From Bacillota bacterium (GTDB taxonomy: Bacteria > Bacillota > Clostridia > Acetivibrionales > DSM-1351), in the NCBI GenBank assembly GCA_023426005.1, contig JAFABO010000221.1, positions 5,721 to 69,720 on the forward strand: 64,000 nt of DNA. The letters run 5' to 3'. The notes beneath the pieces were generated by a model. That model ran no database searches, was not told the DNA's origin, and saw only the letters and a list, made by a program, of their open reading frames with translations. The position numbers and the translations under genes were made by a program. Below, in pieces: positions 63,018 to 64,000 of the stretch. Each line of letters starts with the position of its first letter. Positions within the stretch are counted from its first letter, which is position 1.

Positions 63018-64000
63018 TTAGCCATCCTTGCTTCTCTTCAGCCTTTCCGCCAGCATGGTGTTCCTCTTCTGCATTCTGTTGTTCGAAACAGCTATGCCGA
63101 TTGCCTTTTTGGAACCCACAAGCACAAGGACTTTCTTGGCCCTTGTAACGCAGGTATACAGTAAATTTCTTTGCAGCATCATATAATGCTGCATGGTCAC
63201 AGGCGCAATTACAATTTTATACTCGCTGCCCTGGCTTTTGTGAACGGTAGTTGCATAAGCCAGAATTACTTCATCCAGCTCGGTGGCATCATACTCAACA
63301 TTCACTCCGTCAAAGCAAATGGTCAGCATTCTGTCCTCAGTATCAATACTTGTAATACTGCCGATATCGCCATTAAAAACATTTTTATCATAATTATTTT
63401 TTATCTGCATGACCTTGTCCTTGAGTCTATACACTGTTCCTCCGTATTTTATACAAACCTCGGCCGGATTTAAGGCCTCCTGCAGAATAATATTCATATT
63501 GAAGGCTCCCGTCTCGCCCTTCTGCATGGGACATAGCACCTGAATATCATTAACAGGATCAACTTTATAATAATTGGGCAGTCTCTTTGAACAAAGCTCT
63601 GTTATGGTTTCGACGACCTTTTGTGGTTCATCCTCTGCAATATAAAAGAAATCGCTGTTTTTTCCGCTTTTAAGGTTTGGTGTCTCACCCCTGTTTATCC
63701 TGTGCGCATTGGTTACTATTGCACTTCCCTGAGCCTGCCGGAATATGCGTGTAAGTCTTACGACATTTACAGTTTCCGACCCGATGATATCCTTAAGGAC
63801 ATTTCCTGCTCCCACCGACGGAAGCTGGTCTACGTCACCCACCAATATAAGTACCGTCTCGTTGGAAACAGCCTTTAAGAGATTATAGAACAACATGATA
63901 TCAACCATCGATGTTTCATCAATTATCAGGACATCACAGTCCAGCGGACTTTCCTCATTCTTTTTATAGCCTTCGGGAGGTTTGTATTCCAACAATCTAT
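63018..64000 (-). CDS. recD2: RecD2-like SF1B helicase, 5' end outside window
   Basis: IIDETSMVD, VGDVDQLPSVG, LTRIFRQ, AYATTVHKSQGSEY, LLYTCVTRAK. Confidence 0.92.
   Translation of the reverse strand, partial: RLLEYKPPEGYKKNEESPLDCDVLIIDETSMVDIMLFYNLLKAVSNETVLILVGDVDQLPSVGAGNVLKDIIGSETVNVVRLTRIFRQAQGSAIVTNAHRINRGETPNLKSGKNSDFFYIAEDEPQKVVETITELCSKRLPNYYKVDPVNDIQVLCPMQKGETGAFNMNIILQEALNPAEVCIKYGGTVYRLKDKVMQIKNNYDKNVFNGDIGSITSIDTEDRMLTICFDGVNVEYDATELDEVILAYATTVHKSQGSEYKIVIAPVTMQHYMMLQRNLLYTCVTRAKKVLVLVGSKKAIGIAVSNNRMQKRNTMLAERLKRSKDG

Noticed and set aside
62658..63164. Plus-strand 168-aa and 69-aa ORFs
   Set aside because: Low-complexity hydrophobic translations antisense to recD2, the promoter and the HTH gene

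Overview
Clostridial-type (Ruminiclostridium/Acetivibrio-like, inferred from gene content and SD/sigmaA signals) chromosomal window, mostly on the minus strand. 1-27 kb: beta-mannan utilisation region (GH113, GH2 beta-mannosidase, two GH130 phosphorylases, cellobiose/mannobiose 2-epimerase, CE7 esterase, two ABC importers, two LacI regulators, a YesM/YesN-type two-component system, plus AKR/VOC/SDR/TIM-barrel accessory enzymes). 28.8-35 kb: arabino-oligosaccharide uptake (araNPQ-like, GH43, ArsR-type regulator). 35-37.6 kb: Fur, GNAT and a 21-aa-repeat Ala/Gly protein. 37.8-49.8 kb: a glycyl-radical-enzyme (GRE) operon with a monosaccharide ABC importer, in which the GRE is split into a barrel gene and a separate 83-aa glycyl-radical-domain gene, facing a divergent response regulator, a kinase with almost no extracellular sensor and a degenerate ABC ATPase. 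49.8-51.6 kb: MCP. 52-62.2 kb: type I-B CRISPR-Cas with a 22-repeat array, intact cas6/8/7/5/3/4, and frameshifted cas1 and cas2. Most notable: upstream of cas6 sits a cryptic two-repeat mini-CRISPR whose 24-nt spacer matches, with mismatches at positions 6, 12 and 18 and a CCC flank, a site just downstream of a near-consensus sigmaA promoter that drives a solo IS3-OrfA-like HTH gene. This is a candidate Cascade-guided repression or addiction module. The window ends in a partial recD2. All product calls come from motif recognition by eye; no database searches were run.
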